This document shows, piece by piece, positions 25,470 to 35,916 of a DNA stretch of 64,000 nucleotides (the stretch's first letter is position 1; each line of letters begins with the position of its first letter). The stretch spans positions 104 to 64,103 of the forward strand of contig CAZAYY010000021.1 in NCBI GenBank assembly GCA_964489525.1, given 5' to 3'. The notes under the pieces are model-generated. The model ran no database searches. It saw nothing but the letters and a program-made list of their open reading frames with translations, and was not told the DNA's origin. Made by a program: the position numbers and the translations under genes. Source of the DNA: an uncultured Anaerolineales bacterium (GTDB lineage Bacteria > Chloroflexota > Anaerolineae > Anaerolineales > JABWBV01).

Positions 25470-27079
25470 GGCAGCACCTCAAAAATCCGGGTTTCCCCAA
25501 CTGTATCCAGCAGCCGCAAGCCGGGTGAAGCCCCAGGGTCCTCGAACAGCCCGGCCAGCCCGGCCGGGTGATTGGCCTCCAAAACCACAAAACGGGCCTG
25601 GTAGCGCCGGGCGGCAGCCAGCAGCGCCCCTTCTCCCCCATCCGGAACCACGATCGCAGGGCGAGATGCAGCAGCAAAATACCCGGGGGGGTTGTTGATC
25701 ATCACAACATCGTCAGGCTGTGCACCCAATGCCTGCAGTTGGGATTCGACCTGGCGGTAGTGGCCATCAGGGGCATTCCAGGCCGGCGCCTGCGGGTCAG
25801 TGCCAATCACACGCCCCCAGCCGATAAACAGCGAAAGCCCGGCAGAGAAGAGAACCACAGAAAAGCTAAAAATTCGCCAGGCCTGGCGGGGGCGCCAACC
25901 GCGTGCCTGGCTTCCCCAACGAACAAAGACATCCAATCCAACCGCAGCAGCCAGCCAAAACAGCGGCTGCACAGCCGCACCCGAATGGAAAAAACCGCCG
26001 CGTGCCCCGGCAAAGGGAAAAATCACAGTCATCACGCCCATTGTAACCAGCCAGCCTAATACTCCCAACTGCACCACCCCCTCGCGGCGCAGCGTCCACA
26101 GCCCGACCAGCACCAGCGGCAGCAGGAAAATGCTGCCCTGCACAGCCAGCGTAGTTTGCAAATTTTGCCCCAGGGCAAAGGCGCGGGCCTGGAGCAGGCT
26201 TTCCCAACCAGCAGCCCACCAGTGTTCAAAAGTCAGCATGGTAGAAGGATAGATAAAGAGCTCGTCATAGGTGGTTAACCAAAGGGCACGCACACCTCCA
26301 GGAGCGAGTATTGAATTAAAAACCCCAAGGTTCCGCAGCGCCCAGGGGCCAAACACCAGGGCATAACCGGCCGCCAGCGCGACCGTGCGCAGCCCGGCCT
26401 GACGCAGCCGCACCCATATCGGGAGCGGGCCTGCATTGTAAAAACTCGCCAGAAACCCTACCCCAAGCCAGGTGAACCCATCCGCCCGCGAGAGATGCAT
26501 CAAACCAGCCATTGCCCCCATACCTGCAAACCCGGCCAGGCTGCGCGCCGCGAGTAAGCCAGGCGCACTGCCCGCCCCCTCTTGCAGCGAAAAACCCGCT
26601 AAAATCAACCAGGCCAAACCAAAAACCATATAAAGTCCAAATGTGTCTGTGGTGGTCAAAAATGGCAGGTAAAATCCGGGAAAACAAGCCAGCCATCCAG
26701 CCAGGCGGCTGATATCCTGCTTTTGAGTCCACTTGAACGCAAACCAGGCCGTCAGCGGCGGGATGCTCGCGGCAGCCAGGATGAACCCCAACCGGGCAGC
26801 GTTAAACTCGCCCAGCCACCCAAACCATTTCAACCCGGCTGCTGCCACCAGGGAGGCAAACGGCATCCAATATCCATGCGAGGGTTGGGGCAGGCCTTGC
26901 GGGTCGGAGAGATAATTCCACAACACCTTTTCTGTGAAGCCCTCTCCTTGCGCCAACTGCACCCCACCCATGTAATAATAATCGGCGTCCATATAGCCCG
27001 GCGCCTGTTGGAAAACCCCAACCAACAGCAGCAAACCCAGTGCAAGGCCAAATAATTGGAGAAAAAACGATCGCTTCAA
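25466..27079 (-). CDS. polytopic membrane protein, putative GT-C glycosyltransferase
   Basis: Motif APGYMDADYYYMGGVQLAQGEGF follows TM1. I prefer the TTG at 27079 as start: AAGGAG lies 5 nt upstream and it avoids overlap with the upstream stop at 27102. The track start is the ATG at 27121. Confidence 0.6.
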   Translation of the reverse strand: MKRSFFLQLFGLALGLLLLVGVFQQAPGYMDADYYYMGGVQLAQGEGFTEKVLWNYLSDPQGLPQPSHGYWMPFASLVAAAGLKWFGWLGEFNAARLGFILAAASIPPLTAWFAFKWTQKQDISRLAGWLACFPGFYLPFLTTTDTFGLYMVFGLAWLILAGFSLQEGAGSAPGLLAARSLAGFAGMGAMAGLMHLSRADGFTWLGVGFLASFYNAGPLPIWVRLRQAGLRTVALAAGYALVFGPWALRNLGVFNSILAPGGVRALWLTTYDELFIYPSTMLTFEHWWAAGWESLLQARAFALGQNLQTTLAVQGSIFLLPLVLVGLWTLRREGVVQLGVLGWLVTMGVMTVIFPFAGARGGFFHSGAAVQPLFWLAAAVGLDVFVRWGSQARGWRPRQAWRIFSFSVVLFSAGLSLFIGWGRVIGTDPQAPAWNAPDGHYRQVESQLQALGAQPDDVVMINNPPGYFAAASRPAIVVPDGGEGALLAAARRYQARFVVLEANHPAGLAGLFEDPGASPGLRLLDTVGETRIFEVLP

Positions 27080-27101
27080 AAAGGCTCCTTTATTCCAGCG
27101 G

Positions 27102-29090
27102 TCATGGCCCCGGCAGCGCATACAGCGTGTACACCTGGTTGTAATCCGTGGTTAAAACCAACTTGTCCAGCACCTGCTCAAAGCCCTGCCAATCGGCTGA
27201 ATTGTAGCGCGGCTCGGTGCGATAAAAAGATACCCCCTGCTGGTTCACCAGCACATGGCTGAACCCGGCAGCCTGCCAGGTTTCAATCATCTGGCCGGGG
27301 TTTTGCCCTTGCCGCCAGTCCATCAGCCAGCGGTCCACCACCTCGTCGGGGACACAAACGGGCGTGCAGTAAAAACTGCGCGGCTCCCAAAGCATCAACA
27401 CGCGACTGTTTTCAGGCAGCTCCATCAGCGACTGGAAAACCAGGCCAGCCATGCCCAGGTTGGTTTGTAAATATTCCTGGGTGGAAACCTGGGTTGTAAG
27501 CCAGCGAGCAGATCCCTGGCGCTGCAAGGCCACAGCAGATTGAACCCCATTTAACCCCAGCACGAGCAAAACCAGCACCCCAAACACCCGCCGCAGGCGC
27601 ACCCCAGGCCAGTGAACCGCCTGAACCCCTGCGAACCCCGCCCCTGCAAGTAAAGCCGCCGCAGGAAACAAGGCCCAATACAGGCGCGTTTGCACCAACA
27701 GCCCCGAAGCCAGGCTGGCAAACGCCCAAACCAACCAACCCAAGCCAAAAAACAGGGCCGCTGCCGACAGGGTTTGCCTGTGGCGGCTGGCCGCAAGGCT
27801 GGTGGGAAGAAAAGCCAAAACACCCAGGCCCAACAAAAGCGGGCCAATCGAAGCGCTGAAGCCAACTGCCGCTTCTCGCCCGTTTACTGTGGCCAACCAG
27901 GGAAGCAGCGGGGCCTGCCAGGCAGCCAGCCAGGCGGGTTGGTCCTGGTAAAGGTCAAGCCGCAGGCTGTTCATGGCCCCGGCAGGCAAAAAGAACGGGT
28001 AAAAAGGGCTGCCTGTGGTTGCCAGGTTCTTCATCCACCAGGGCAGAGAAACCAGCCCGGCAGCCAGCCCAAACACAACCACAGCCCAAAGCGCCTGCCG
28101 CCACCCGGCGCGGCGGGAATACCACCCCACCAATCCCAGGCCAGCCAGCAAAACTACGCCCGCCGTATATTTCGTCCCCAGGGCAAAACCAGCAAACATC
28201 CCGCCAAGAATGAGCAGCCGCACCGGGCGCTCTTCCTCGGCAGCCCACAAATCAAGGCAAGCAAACGCCCCCAGGCCAAACAGCAGGGTGAGCCAGTCCA
28301 CATACCCCCAACTGAGCGCACTGCTGAACGAAAAACCTGCCATTAGCGTTCCAACCGCCAGCCAGCCCTGGGTGGTTCCCAGGCGCTGAACGCCAAACGC
28401 CAGCAGCCCGGCCAGCGCCAGCAGCCCAAAAAGCCAGCCTATCACCGCAGCGGTTTCAATCCCGGCCAGGGCATACGCCCAGGTATACAGCATTTCCCCG
28501 GTTTGCGGCATGCCCCAAAACATCAGTTCCGGAACATATGTCACCCGGCCAGCGGCCAAGTACATTTTGGGCAGGGTGAAGTGGTAAACGAGGGCGTCGA
28601 ATTTCAGCGGAGGGGCAAGAGCAGTTACCAGGCCAAAACCCAACAGGCCGCCGCACAACACGCCCACCAATTTTTCCAGGCGGCCAGCGCTGCGCCAAAG
28701 AGCGCCCAGATCACCCCAGGCCAGCAGCCAGGCGAGCATGTCTTTTCGAAAAACCCAACCTAACCCAAGCAAAGCCGCCCAGGCCAACAGAGGGGAAACC
28801 CCCAAAAGGCTGCCCACCAGCAAAACACCCGCCCCCATCACCCCCAGGCCCAGGGCAGCCTGCAGGGCTGCCTGCGTTAAAGGGCGCAGCCCCAACCCGG
28901 GCGCAAACCGCCGGCCGATTGCCCCTGCCAGAGCAGCCAGCCCCCCTGCGAGCGTAAGCCGGAGCAAAGCAAGCCCCAGGCCGGCCGCAGCCTGGATGTC
29001 CAGCGGCTTGTTAACCCGGTAATACGCCGCCGTAACCAGCAGCAGCCAGGCAAGACCACCTAACGCAAGCCAACGAACAGAATGCTTCAT
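27102..29090 (-). CDS. polytopic membrane protein, putative GT-C glycosyltransferase (DAxxYH subfamily) with C-terminal soluble domain
   Basis: Motif LAPPLKFDALVYHFTLPKMYLAAGR...GEMLY. More than 12 hydrophobic segments. About 130 aa of C-terminal non-membrane domain. Confidence 0.6.
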   Translation of the reverse strand: MKHSVRWLALGGLAWLLLVTAAYYRVNKPLDIQAAAGLGLALLRLTLAGGLAALAGAIGRRFAPGLGLRPLTQAALQAALGLGVMGAGVLLVGSLLGVSPLLAWAALLGLGWVFRKDMLAWLLAWGDLGALWRSAGRLEKLVGVLCGGLLGFGLVTALAPPLKFDALVYHFTLPKMYLAAGRVTYVPELMFWGMPQTGEMLYTWAYALAGIETAAVIGWLFGLLALAGLLAFGVQRLGTTQGWLAVGTLMAGFSFSSALSWGYVDWLTLLFGLGAFACLDLWAAEEERPVRLLILGGMFAGFALGTKYTAGVVLLAGLGLVGWYSRRAGWRQALWAVVVFGLAAGLVSLPWWMKNLATTGSPFYPFFLPAGAMNSLRLDLYQDQPAWLAAWQAPLLPWLATVNGREAAVGFSASIGPLLLGLGVLAFLPTSLAASRHRQTLSAAALFFGLGWLVWAFASLASGLLVQTRLYWALFPAAALLAGAGFAGVQAVHWPGVRLRRVFGVLVLLVLGLNGVQSAVALQRQGSARWLTTQVSTQEYLQTNLGMAGLVFQSLMELPENSRVLMLWEPRSFYCTPVCVPDEVVDRWLMDWRQGQNPGQMIETWQAAGFSHVLVNQQGVSFYRTEPRYNSADWQGFEQVLDKLVLTTDYNQVYTLYALPGP

Positions 29091-30781
29091 GGCTGGTTTG
29101 CTCCAGTGGGATGGCGGAAATCATACACCAGCAGGTCACCCAGGGGAAAGGTATCTTCCAGGGAATAGTGGGTTTTGAACCAGGCCAGGTGGGGGTGTTC
29201 TGCTTCCCCCAGGGCGCGATACTCTGCTTCTTCCCGGGCAAAAATCACAAACCAGATCTGCCCGGCTCCAGCCGCTGCGCTGGCGGGGGATTCTTCTGCC
29301 AGCAAGCCCAACACCTGCTGGGTGGGCAAACCCAGTGTATCCTGCCCACTGCCTGGAATATCGGCAATATATGCCTGGGCCAGGCCAGGTTGGTAATAGG
29401 CCAACGGCAGCATTGTCAGTTTGTTGGCATGCACCAGGCGAAAACCCGGCTCAACTGCCTTGCTGGCTGCTACCTGTCCCAACAAATCAAATGGAGCATA
29501 GGGAAAACCCCGGTACCACAGGTGTTGGCTGTTGCCCAACTGCGAACCCAGGAAGAACAAACCAATGGCTGCCACCATCACCGGGCGCGGCAGGCGGGTG
29601 CCAGTCAGCGCCCAGGCCAACCAGAGCAAAAAGAATACCCCGGCAGGCAGCAGCGCCCGTTCAATATATACAGGCTGAACCTGCGAAATGAGAAACAAGA
29701 GCGCCACAGGGGCAAAAGCCATCCAGGCAAGCCAAAGGCCGCCCCAGGGTTTGGGGCCTGCCCGGCGAAAAGCCCGCCAGGTTTGCCAGCCAGCCAGGAC
29801 GATCAGAAAAATCATCACAAAAAGCGCCAGGGGCAGCCAGCCATCCGGAACAGGCAGGTTGGTGGTAAAGGTTAGCAGGGTTGTCAACAGCCTGCCCAGG
29901 CCGGGGCGGGTGGTCCAATAGGCCGTGTTGACCCGGGCCACCTGCGCCGGAAGCTGAATCAGCCAGGGCAGGTACAGCAGCACAGCCAGCAGCCCACCGG
30001 CCAGCGTCCCCAAAACGGGTTGCAATTTTCCGGAGGATAACGCCAAAGGCCGCAAACGGGCAAACGCAAAGTTCTCTTTTTCAGGGGCAATGCGTGGGGC
30101 GCCCCTTTCGGGTTGACGGGCAGCCCATTGTTCCCAAGCCCAAGTCATAAGTGGGGTGGCCGCCAGCGGCAGCAGGGTTACCACAGCCAGGGCGTGGGTA
30201 TATTGGGCCAGGGCGGCGCACACGCCAAAGGCAACCCACCAAAGCCACCGCCTCGTTTGCATGCCCAGCCAAAGCGCCAGGGCCGCCCCCACCAGGCTGG
30301 CAGACAAAAGGGCGTACATGCGAATTTCCTGGGCATAATGCACCTGGAAAGGAGAAAAAGCCAGGAAAAACCCGGCCAGCAGGGTAATTTTGAAGCGGTC
30401 TTGCGGCTGGGTTTCAAGTACACGCCAGACCAAACCGCAGGCCAGCGCAGCTGCAAGCAGCCCCAACCCCACGGAAAGAAGGCGCACCGCCACCAGCGAA
30501 TCGCCAAATGCATTCATCCAACCCCACAACAGGGTGTAATATCCCAGGGGGTGAATGTCTGCTGCAGTCCCGGCAGCGTTGACCGCCAGGGTGCCGTAAG
30601 CCATGGCGGTAGGACCTTGGGCGGAAAACAAAATCGAGAAGGCTTCATCGTACCAGATGGGACGGCTGGAAATGCCCAACAGGCGCACAAACCCAGCCAG
30701 GGTAAAACAACCCAGGCCCACAACAAACGGCCATTGAATTAAAGGGCGGGGCAAACGCTGGGGTTTCATCGGGCTGTCCAT
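29087..30781 (-). CDS. glycosyltransferase family 39/83-like (PMT_2/ArnT-like) membrane protein
   Basis: RPIWYDEAFSILFSAQG is the ArnT/PMT-type DE motif after TM1. The start is uncertain: ATG at 30781 or 30769. The track's GTG at 30880 would overlap the upstream gene by 73 nt. Confidence 0.7.
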   Translation of the reverse strand: MDSPMKPQRLPRPLIQWPFVVGLGCFTLAGFVRLLGISSRPIWYDEAFSILFSAQGPTAMAYGTLAVNAAGTAADIHPLGYYTLLWGWMNAFGDSLVAVRLLSVGLGLLAAALACGLVWRVLETQPQDRFKITLLAGFFLAFSPFQVHYAQEIRMYALLSASLVGAALALWLGMQTRRWLWWVAFGVCAALAQYTHALAVVTLLPLAATPLMTWAWEQWAARQPERGAPRIAPEKENFAFARLRPLALSSGKLQPVLGTLAGGLLAVLLYLPWLIQLPAQVARVNTAYWTTRPGLGRLLTTLLTFTTNLPVPDGWLPLALFVMIFLIVLAGWQTWRAFRRAGPKPWGGLWLAWMAFAPVALLFLISQVQPVYIERALLPAGVFFLLWLAWALTGTRLPRPVMVAAIGLFFLGSQLGNSQHLWYRGFPYAPFDLLGQVAASKAVEPGFRLVHANKLTMLPLAYYQPGLAQAYIADIPGSGQDTLGLPTQQVLGLLAEESPASAAAGAGQIWFVIFAREEAEYRALGEAEHPHLAWFKTHYSLEDTFPLGDLLVYDFRHPTGANQP

Positions 30782-30807
30782 CCGGGCGCGCACCAAAAGG
30801 AGCAATG

Positions 30808-32046
30808 CTACCTGAGGTTTTCTGAAAATTCGTGCAGCATCATTCGGGGCGAGCGCACTGCCCACCACCGCACCCACCACATCGCAAACAAGCAGAAAAA
30901 TGGAACCGGCAGGTACATCACCGCCTGCTCAACGTTTCCTTCAACGGTCCCCAAAAACAACGCCCACAGCCCCACCAGCAGGACAACCAGGGTGGCATAC
31001 ATCCATTGAACACCACCGGCTTTCCAACGCTGTTCCCACACCCGGAAAACCAACAGCATCACCGGGATGAGGGCCACAAAATGGGTGGTGGCCGTGCGCA
31101 AGGCGATGAAATTGGTCAGCACCAGGGTCATCAACGCTGTCCAGGTGAACCAGCGTTCGTCCTTGCCCCAGGCAAAAAACCACTCGGCAAACAAATAGAG
31201 AAAACCCAGCACATTTAAGGTGATATTGATGACACCGCGAATACCCGGGAGTCCATTGGCCAGAATGGAAACCACGGAGCCGATATCGGTGTAGCCGGGG
31301 TAAGCCACAATTTGCTGGAGCATTTGAATGGGCCAGGTGGGAATCAGCGCCATGGTAATCACAAATAAACCCACCGCACTGCCCGCCAGGCTGGCAAGTA
31401 AAATATACCGCCGCACCGAAAGTGCCCAGAGCACAATGAACGGCAGCAGCAAATAGACCATTTGCGGCTTGATGGTTGAAAGCGCAAGCAAAAACCCGGC
31501 CAGCACATCTTCCTTACGCTGGATGGCCAGTAAGCCCCAGATGATGAGAACCGTATTCAATGCTGCAATTTGACCATTAATCACATTGCGCACCCCCGAA
31601 TACCAAAGCAAGGCAAAAATCAGCAGGGCGGCCAGTTTGAGGGGTTTCACTTTCCAATCTACCAGGCGCAGGCTGAGAAACACACCAGCCACAAGGGCGG
31701 CTTGCAAAATGGTCATCCACAAAGCACGGGCAAAGGCAAAGTTTTCAAATAATGCCGGAATTCCAAAAAACACAATGGCATACAATGGATAAAGGTACGT
31801 GACCGGGTCTTCCCCAGGTCGAGCCGGGCGGCCATAATACCAGAACTGGCTTTCGCGGGTAACTTCATCGCTGTAAGGGTTGATTCCCTCCATCAGGTAC
31901 ATGCGCGAACCAAGGTAGCGCGGGACGAAATCTCCTCCACCAGGAAATTGTTCCGCAAAACGGTAATTCATCACTGTAACCCCAACCAGCGCGGCCCCTA
32001 ACAACAATAATACAACCAAAAAAAATAATCCACTTTGCTTGCGCAT
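30808..32046 (-). CDS. GT87/DUF2029-like membrane glycosyltransferase (PimE-like)
   Basis: FPGGGDFVPRYLGSRMYLMEGINPY fits the DUF2029 loop motif. 412 aa, about 10 TM segments, with STIKPQ in mid-protein. Confidence 0.65.
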   Translation of the reverse strand: MRKQSGLFFLVVLLLLGAALVGVTVMNYRFAEQFPGGGDFVPRYLGSRMYLMEGINPYSDEVTRESQFWYYGRPARPGEDPVTYLYPLYAIVFFGIPALFENFAFARALWMTILQAALVAGVFLSLRLVDWKVKPLKLAALLIFALLWYSGVRNVINGQIAALNTVLIIWGLLAIQRKEDVLAGFLLALSTIKPQMVYLLLPFIVLWALSVRRYILLASLAGSAVGLFVITMALIPTWPIQMLQQIVAYPGYTDIGSVVSILANGLPGIRGVINITLNVLGFLYLFAEWFFAWGKDERWFTWTALMTLVLTNFIALRTATTHFVALIPVMLLVFRVWEQRWKAGGVQWMYATLVVLLVGLWALFLGTVEGNVEQAVMYLPVPFFCLFAMWWVRWWAVRSPRMMLHEFSENLR

Positions 32047-32058
32047 GCAGCCTCCAGG

Positions 32059-33684
32059 TCAGGGTTCTGAAATGGGAAGGAGATATAAAACTAACCGGCC
32101 ATGCACCGGGGTAGTCTCCCCGGCAGGAAAATCATCGATAAATTCAACGTACAAAACCAGGTTCTCGGCTTCCGGGCCTAAAAATGGGCTAAAAGAATTC
32201 CAGATCATTTCTTCCCGGTCCACGAGATAGGTACCGCCTTGCTGGCGCAGATAGGCCAGGAGGCGGTTCTCCTGCCGGGCGGCAATCGCATTCCAATCTA
32301 CAACACCATCCAAGTTTATCACGCGGCGCTCCGCAAAATACCCCAAAATGCCGGAATTGAATGCCCCAATCACCGCATCCGGCGGTGTGGAGGAGCGCAC
32401 CCAATCGGAAGCCTGGATCCAATCCACCTGGCCAGGATAAACGGGTTCCGAAAAGGTCCGTTGCACCTGGAAAACCAGCAAAACCAACAGCGCCCCGGCC
32501 AGTCCAAGCCAGCCTTGGCGCCCCAGTTTAGCCAACAAATGAGCCAGCCCCAGCCCAACCACCAACGCCAGCAGCCCGGCCCAGGGTGCGTAATACCAGC
32601 CGCGCGGGTACCAGCGTACCAGGGTATGCACCCCCAATCCAACAGCCACCCCAGCCAGGGCCAGCCAGGCCAGGTACACCGGGGCAGCAGATAAATGGGA
32701 ATCTCTAGGTGCCATATGGGCCAACCAGCGTTTTACTCGCCGGGAAACCCTCCCCAGGCGCGCCAACAGAAGCACGCCTAAACCAGCCAGCAGGGCCGCT
32801 CCGCCATAAATCAGGAGTGCCCGAACGGCATAATTGATTACCGGCAGTTGGAAATCCTGCCAGAGATTTCCCCCCAGGCTGAAACGGTACTGCACCAACA
32901 AGGGCATGGCCACCGCAGAAGACTGCGTCCAATGGCCGGTGGCCAGGCGGCTCCAGGCAAACCAGGGTGCCACCACGAGCAGCCCAACCAGAGCATAGAC
33001 CAGCCAGCCCCAATCCAGGCTGCGTGTCCGCCGCAAAGAAACTACGAAAACCCCCAACGAAACAAACAAAACCAGGATGGCGAGGTCGGTACGAGCCAGG
33101 AAAGCCAGGCCGCCCAACGCCCCGGCAGCGGCCCACGAACGCCAGGTCCAGGTTTGAACCAACCAATCCATTGCCCAAATATAACCGGCGAGCACCAGCA
33201 TGGCCAGGGCCGTTTCCAACCCATTGACCGCCTCCATCGCCAGACGTAGGTTAAACAGGTAGAGCAGCGCCACAACCGCCCCACTGCCTTTTTGCCAGCG
33301 CTCTGCCAGCAGGGCAAACCCGGTGGCCGCTAACACATCCAGCCCAGCGCCCAAAACCAGCGCACCGCGTAAAGCCACGTCTGCCGCCTCGCCAGGGAAA
33401 ATGCTGCAGCATAAAGCGGCCTTGAACCAGGGCGCCAGCATGAGCACCCACAGCGGGTGAAACCCATTGGCCGGGTTAACCCCATCAAAAGTCACCCCTT
33501 GCCCTAAAACCAGGTTGCGAACAATCACAAAGTAGTAAAAAGCATCATCTGGCAGGGTAAAATCGAGGATGAAGTCCAACGGCGCAAAAGCCAACACCAG
33601 TCGCGCTGCAAGCCCGGACAGTATAATCCCAACCAACACCGGGTTTTGCCACCAATTGGGTTCAGGGTTTTGCTTTATCAACAT
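32059..33684 (-). CDS. polytopic membrane protein, putative GT-C glycosyltransferase (DDA-motif type)
   Basis: Motif TLPDDAFYYFVIVRNLVLGQGVTFDGVNPANGFHPLW. C-terminal soluble domain of about 120 aa. Confidence 0.6.
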   Translation of the reverse strand: MLIKQNPEPNWWQNPVLVGIILSGLAARLVLAFAPLDFILDFTLPDDAFYYFVIVRNLVLGQGVTFDGVNPANGFHPLWVLMLAPWFKAALCCSIFPGEAADVALRGALVLGAGLDVLAATGFALLAERWQKGSGAVVALLYLFNLRLAMEAVNGLETALAMLVLAGYIWAMDWLVQTWTWRSWAAAGALGGLAFLARTDLAILVLFVSLGVFVVSLRRTRSLDWGWLVYALVGLLVVAPWFAWSRLATGHWTQSSAVAMPLLVQYRFSLGGNLWQDFQLPVINYAVRALLIYGGAALLAGLGVLLLARLGRVSRRVKRWLAHMAPRDSHLSAAPVYLAWLALAGVAVGLGVHTLVRWYPRGWYYAPWAGLLALVVGLGLAHLLAKLGRQGWLGLAGALLVLLVFQVQRTFSEPVYPGQVDWIQASDWVRSSTPPDAVIGAFNSGILGYFAERRVINLDGVVDWNAIAARQENRLLAYLRQQGGTYLVDREEMIWNSFSPFLGPEAENLVLYVEFIDDFPAGETTPVHGRLVLYLLPISEP

Positions 33685-33765
33685 CTAAACTATACCAGGA
33701 AGAAATTACCGCCTACCGTGCCGGGCAGTGCCGCAAATCGGTGGACAACCAGGATTATACCCGTT

Positions 33766-35916
33766 ATGGAAGTGCTGCTTCACCCTCTAGAAGTCCTATC
33801 TCTTCTCGGAAAAAGTGCCGCCGGGCTTGGGCTTATCGCGGTCTGCCTGTATCTGTCTCACACACTGGCAGAGCGCCTGCTGCCCACAGGCAGCGGGTTG
33901 GCTTTGCGCTGGGCAGGCACGGCTGCCGCCGGGATGTGGCTGGCCCAGGTGGGCTTTCACGGCCTGGCTGCGGTTGGAATCTTCCAGATCGGTTGGGCGC
34001 TCATCTTGGGAGTCCTCGCCAGCGGTTTGACTATGCGAATATCACCACTCCCGGTTTTCGGGCAGGCTCTCCTGCGGGACGGGCGTACCCTTGCCCGCCG
34101 CCTCCGCTGGCTTGCCACTACCCCATTCCGCTGGGTTTTCTTGCCCGCTCTGCTGCTTGCTTTGCTGACCGCACTCAGAGCCAGCTTGCTGCCCAACCTG
34201 GGCTGGGACTCGCTGACCTACCATACTCCCAAAGCCGCTTTTTGGGTCCAGGCTGGCGGTTACACCACCCTGCCCAGCCCGGGTGGTTGGGGCCAGTATT
34301 ACCAGAACCTGTTTGGCGGTGGAGAAATTTTTTCCGCCTGGGCCATGCTGCCCTTTCACAATGACCTGCTGGTGGGCTGGGTAGATGTCGTCCAATGGGT
34401 CTTTTTGGGCCTGGCGCTCTATACCTTTGGCCGCACCCTGGCGCTGAAACCCGCCCTGGCGCTGTTGGGGGCGGTGTATGTGCTGTTTATTCCGGCAGTT
34501 TGGTACCCGGTAGGCAGCGGGTACGTGGACAATGGCCTCAACCTGGCGCTTACCCTGGGGTTGGTGTTTTCGATCCAGGCCGTCAAAACCCGGCAGTACC
34601 GAGCCCTGCTGCTGGCTGGCATGGCTTTTGGCACTGCGGTGGCCGTCAAGGTGGTGGTGCTGCCCGCGGCCGGGCTGGTTTTCCTGGTGCTGTTGGGGTA
34701 CACAGCCTGGCCGAAAAACCCGCCAGCCGCCAAAAGTCACCCGCTTTTTCCGCTGCTGGCAGCCGGGCTGGCCGGGGCGCTGATGGTTGTGCCCTGGTTG
34801 GCAATCAACCTCCAACAAACCGGGCTGCCGCTGGCCGGGCTGCCCGTTCAGGTGGGCGGCCTGCGCCTGGGGGACCTGACACCCACCCTGGCCTGGTACC
34901 AAGAACGACCCGAACTTGCCCAAACCGGCCTGGCCGAGGAAGTGGTTGCCCTGGCGCGCATGTTCCGCTCCCCACTCACCCAAACCCCCCACCTGAGTGT
35001 GCTTTCGCTGGTTTCTTTGCTTCTATTTCCCGTAATGGTTGTGCGGTGGCTGCGGCAATCACCCTCACATGAGGCCGTAGGGCGATTAGCAGGGCTGCTG
35101 GCGCTGGCCGTGACCATCGGGGTGCTGCTCTATTTTTATCAACCTGCCTTCAAAGTCATCCGGCTGCTCTGGCCGCTGGTCACAGCCCGTTTTCTGCTGC
35201 CGGTTTTCACCTGGACAGTGTTCGCCAGCCTGGCGTTGTTCCACCACCCCAAAAAAACCAACCCCCACGCCTGGTTCATCGCAGCCAGTGCCCTGCTCCA
35301 CATGGGGGCAGGTGCCTTCTTTGGCTGGGCTGGTTTTGAATATGTCGCCGCTGCGGTTTGGGGCGGGGTGCTCATCCTTGCGCCGGTCCTGCTGGCTTTT
35401 TTGGCCAAGGCCGGCCGGGTTCGGACTGCCTGGGCTGTTGGCCTGGTTTTATGCCTGGCTGCCGGGGTGGGATTGAGCCTGTACCGGGCCGAAACCCGCT
35501 ACCAGGCCGCGGTCGAAAGCCTGGTGTACGACCCCGTACACACCTACTGGGTTCCCACCGCGGCGCAGGTAGACCAACCCGGCGCACCAGTCACCGTGGC
35601 CATCACTGCTGGCCCCCATCAAAACGCCGATAACTGGTTCATGGCCTTTTTTATGGGCAGCGAACTGCAAAACACGTTGGTGTACCTGCCGGTTGCAGCC
35701 GGTGGCGAGATTGTAGATTTTTACCCACCGGGCGAGTTAGAAGAAAGCGCCAACCAGGAGGCCTGGCTGGCGCGACTTGAACAGCATGGGGTGGATTATG
35801 TAATGAGCTTTGAACCAGCCAGTATTGAACTGGCCTGGATGGAAAGCCAACCTGCCCGCTTTGAACGGGTTTCCGGCAGCGGGCAGCGCTGGGGGCTGTA
35901 CCGGGTTATCCCTTAG
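33766..35916 (+). CDS. polytopic membrane protein, putative GT-C glycosyltransferase (DxxxYH subfamily) with C-terminal soluble domain
   Basis: Motif LPNLGWDSLTYHTPKAAFWVQAG...GGGEIF. The start is moved to the ATG at 33766 (MEVLLHPLEV) because the track start at 33646 would overlap the divergent gene that starts at 33684. Confidence 0.6.
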   Translation: MEVLLHPLEVLSLLGKSAAGLGLIAVCLYLSHTLAERLLPTGSGLALRWAGTAAAGMWLAQVGFHGLAAVGIFQIGWALILGVLASGLTMRISPLPVFGQALLRDGRTLARRLRWLATTPFRWVFLPALLLALLTALRASLLPNLGWDSLTYHTPKAAFWVQAGGYTTLPSPGGWGQYYQNLFGGGEIFSAWAMLPFHNDLLVGWVDVVQWVFLGLALYTFGRTLALKPALALLGAVYVLFIPAVWYPVGSGYVDNGLNLALTLGLVFSIQAVKTRQYRALLLAGMAFGTAVAVKVVVLPAAGLVFLVLLGYTAWPKNPPAAKSHPLFPLLAAGLAGALMVVPWLAINLQQTGLPLAGLPVQVGGLRLGDLTPTLAWYQERPELAQTGLAEEVVALARMFRSPLTQTPHLSVLSLVSLLLFPVMVVRWLRQSPSHEAVGRLAGLLALAVTIGVLLYFYQPAFKVIRLLWPLVTARFLLPVFTWTVFASLALFHHPKKTNPHAWFIAASALLHMGAGAFFGWAGFEYVAAAVWGGVLILAPVLLAFLAKAGRVRTAWAVGLVLCLAAGVGLSLYRAETRYQAAVESLVYDPVHTYWVPTAAQVDQPGAPVTVAITAGPHQNADNWFMAFFMGSELQNTLVYLPVAAGGEIVDFYPPGELEESANQEAWLARLEQHGVDYVMSFEPASIELAWMESQPARFERVSGSGQRWGLYRVIP

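Noticed and set aside
30808-32046. Calling the 412-aa or the 341-aa (55698-56723) membrane protein a Wzy polymerase or O-antigen ligase
   Set aside because: The GDF..Y...G.NPY loop and KPQ segment fit my recollection of DUF2029/GT87 better. A Wzm/Wzt pathway also does not require Wzy. This cannot be settled without profile searches.
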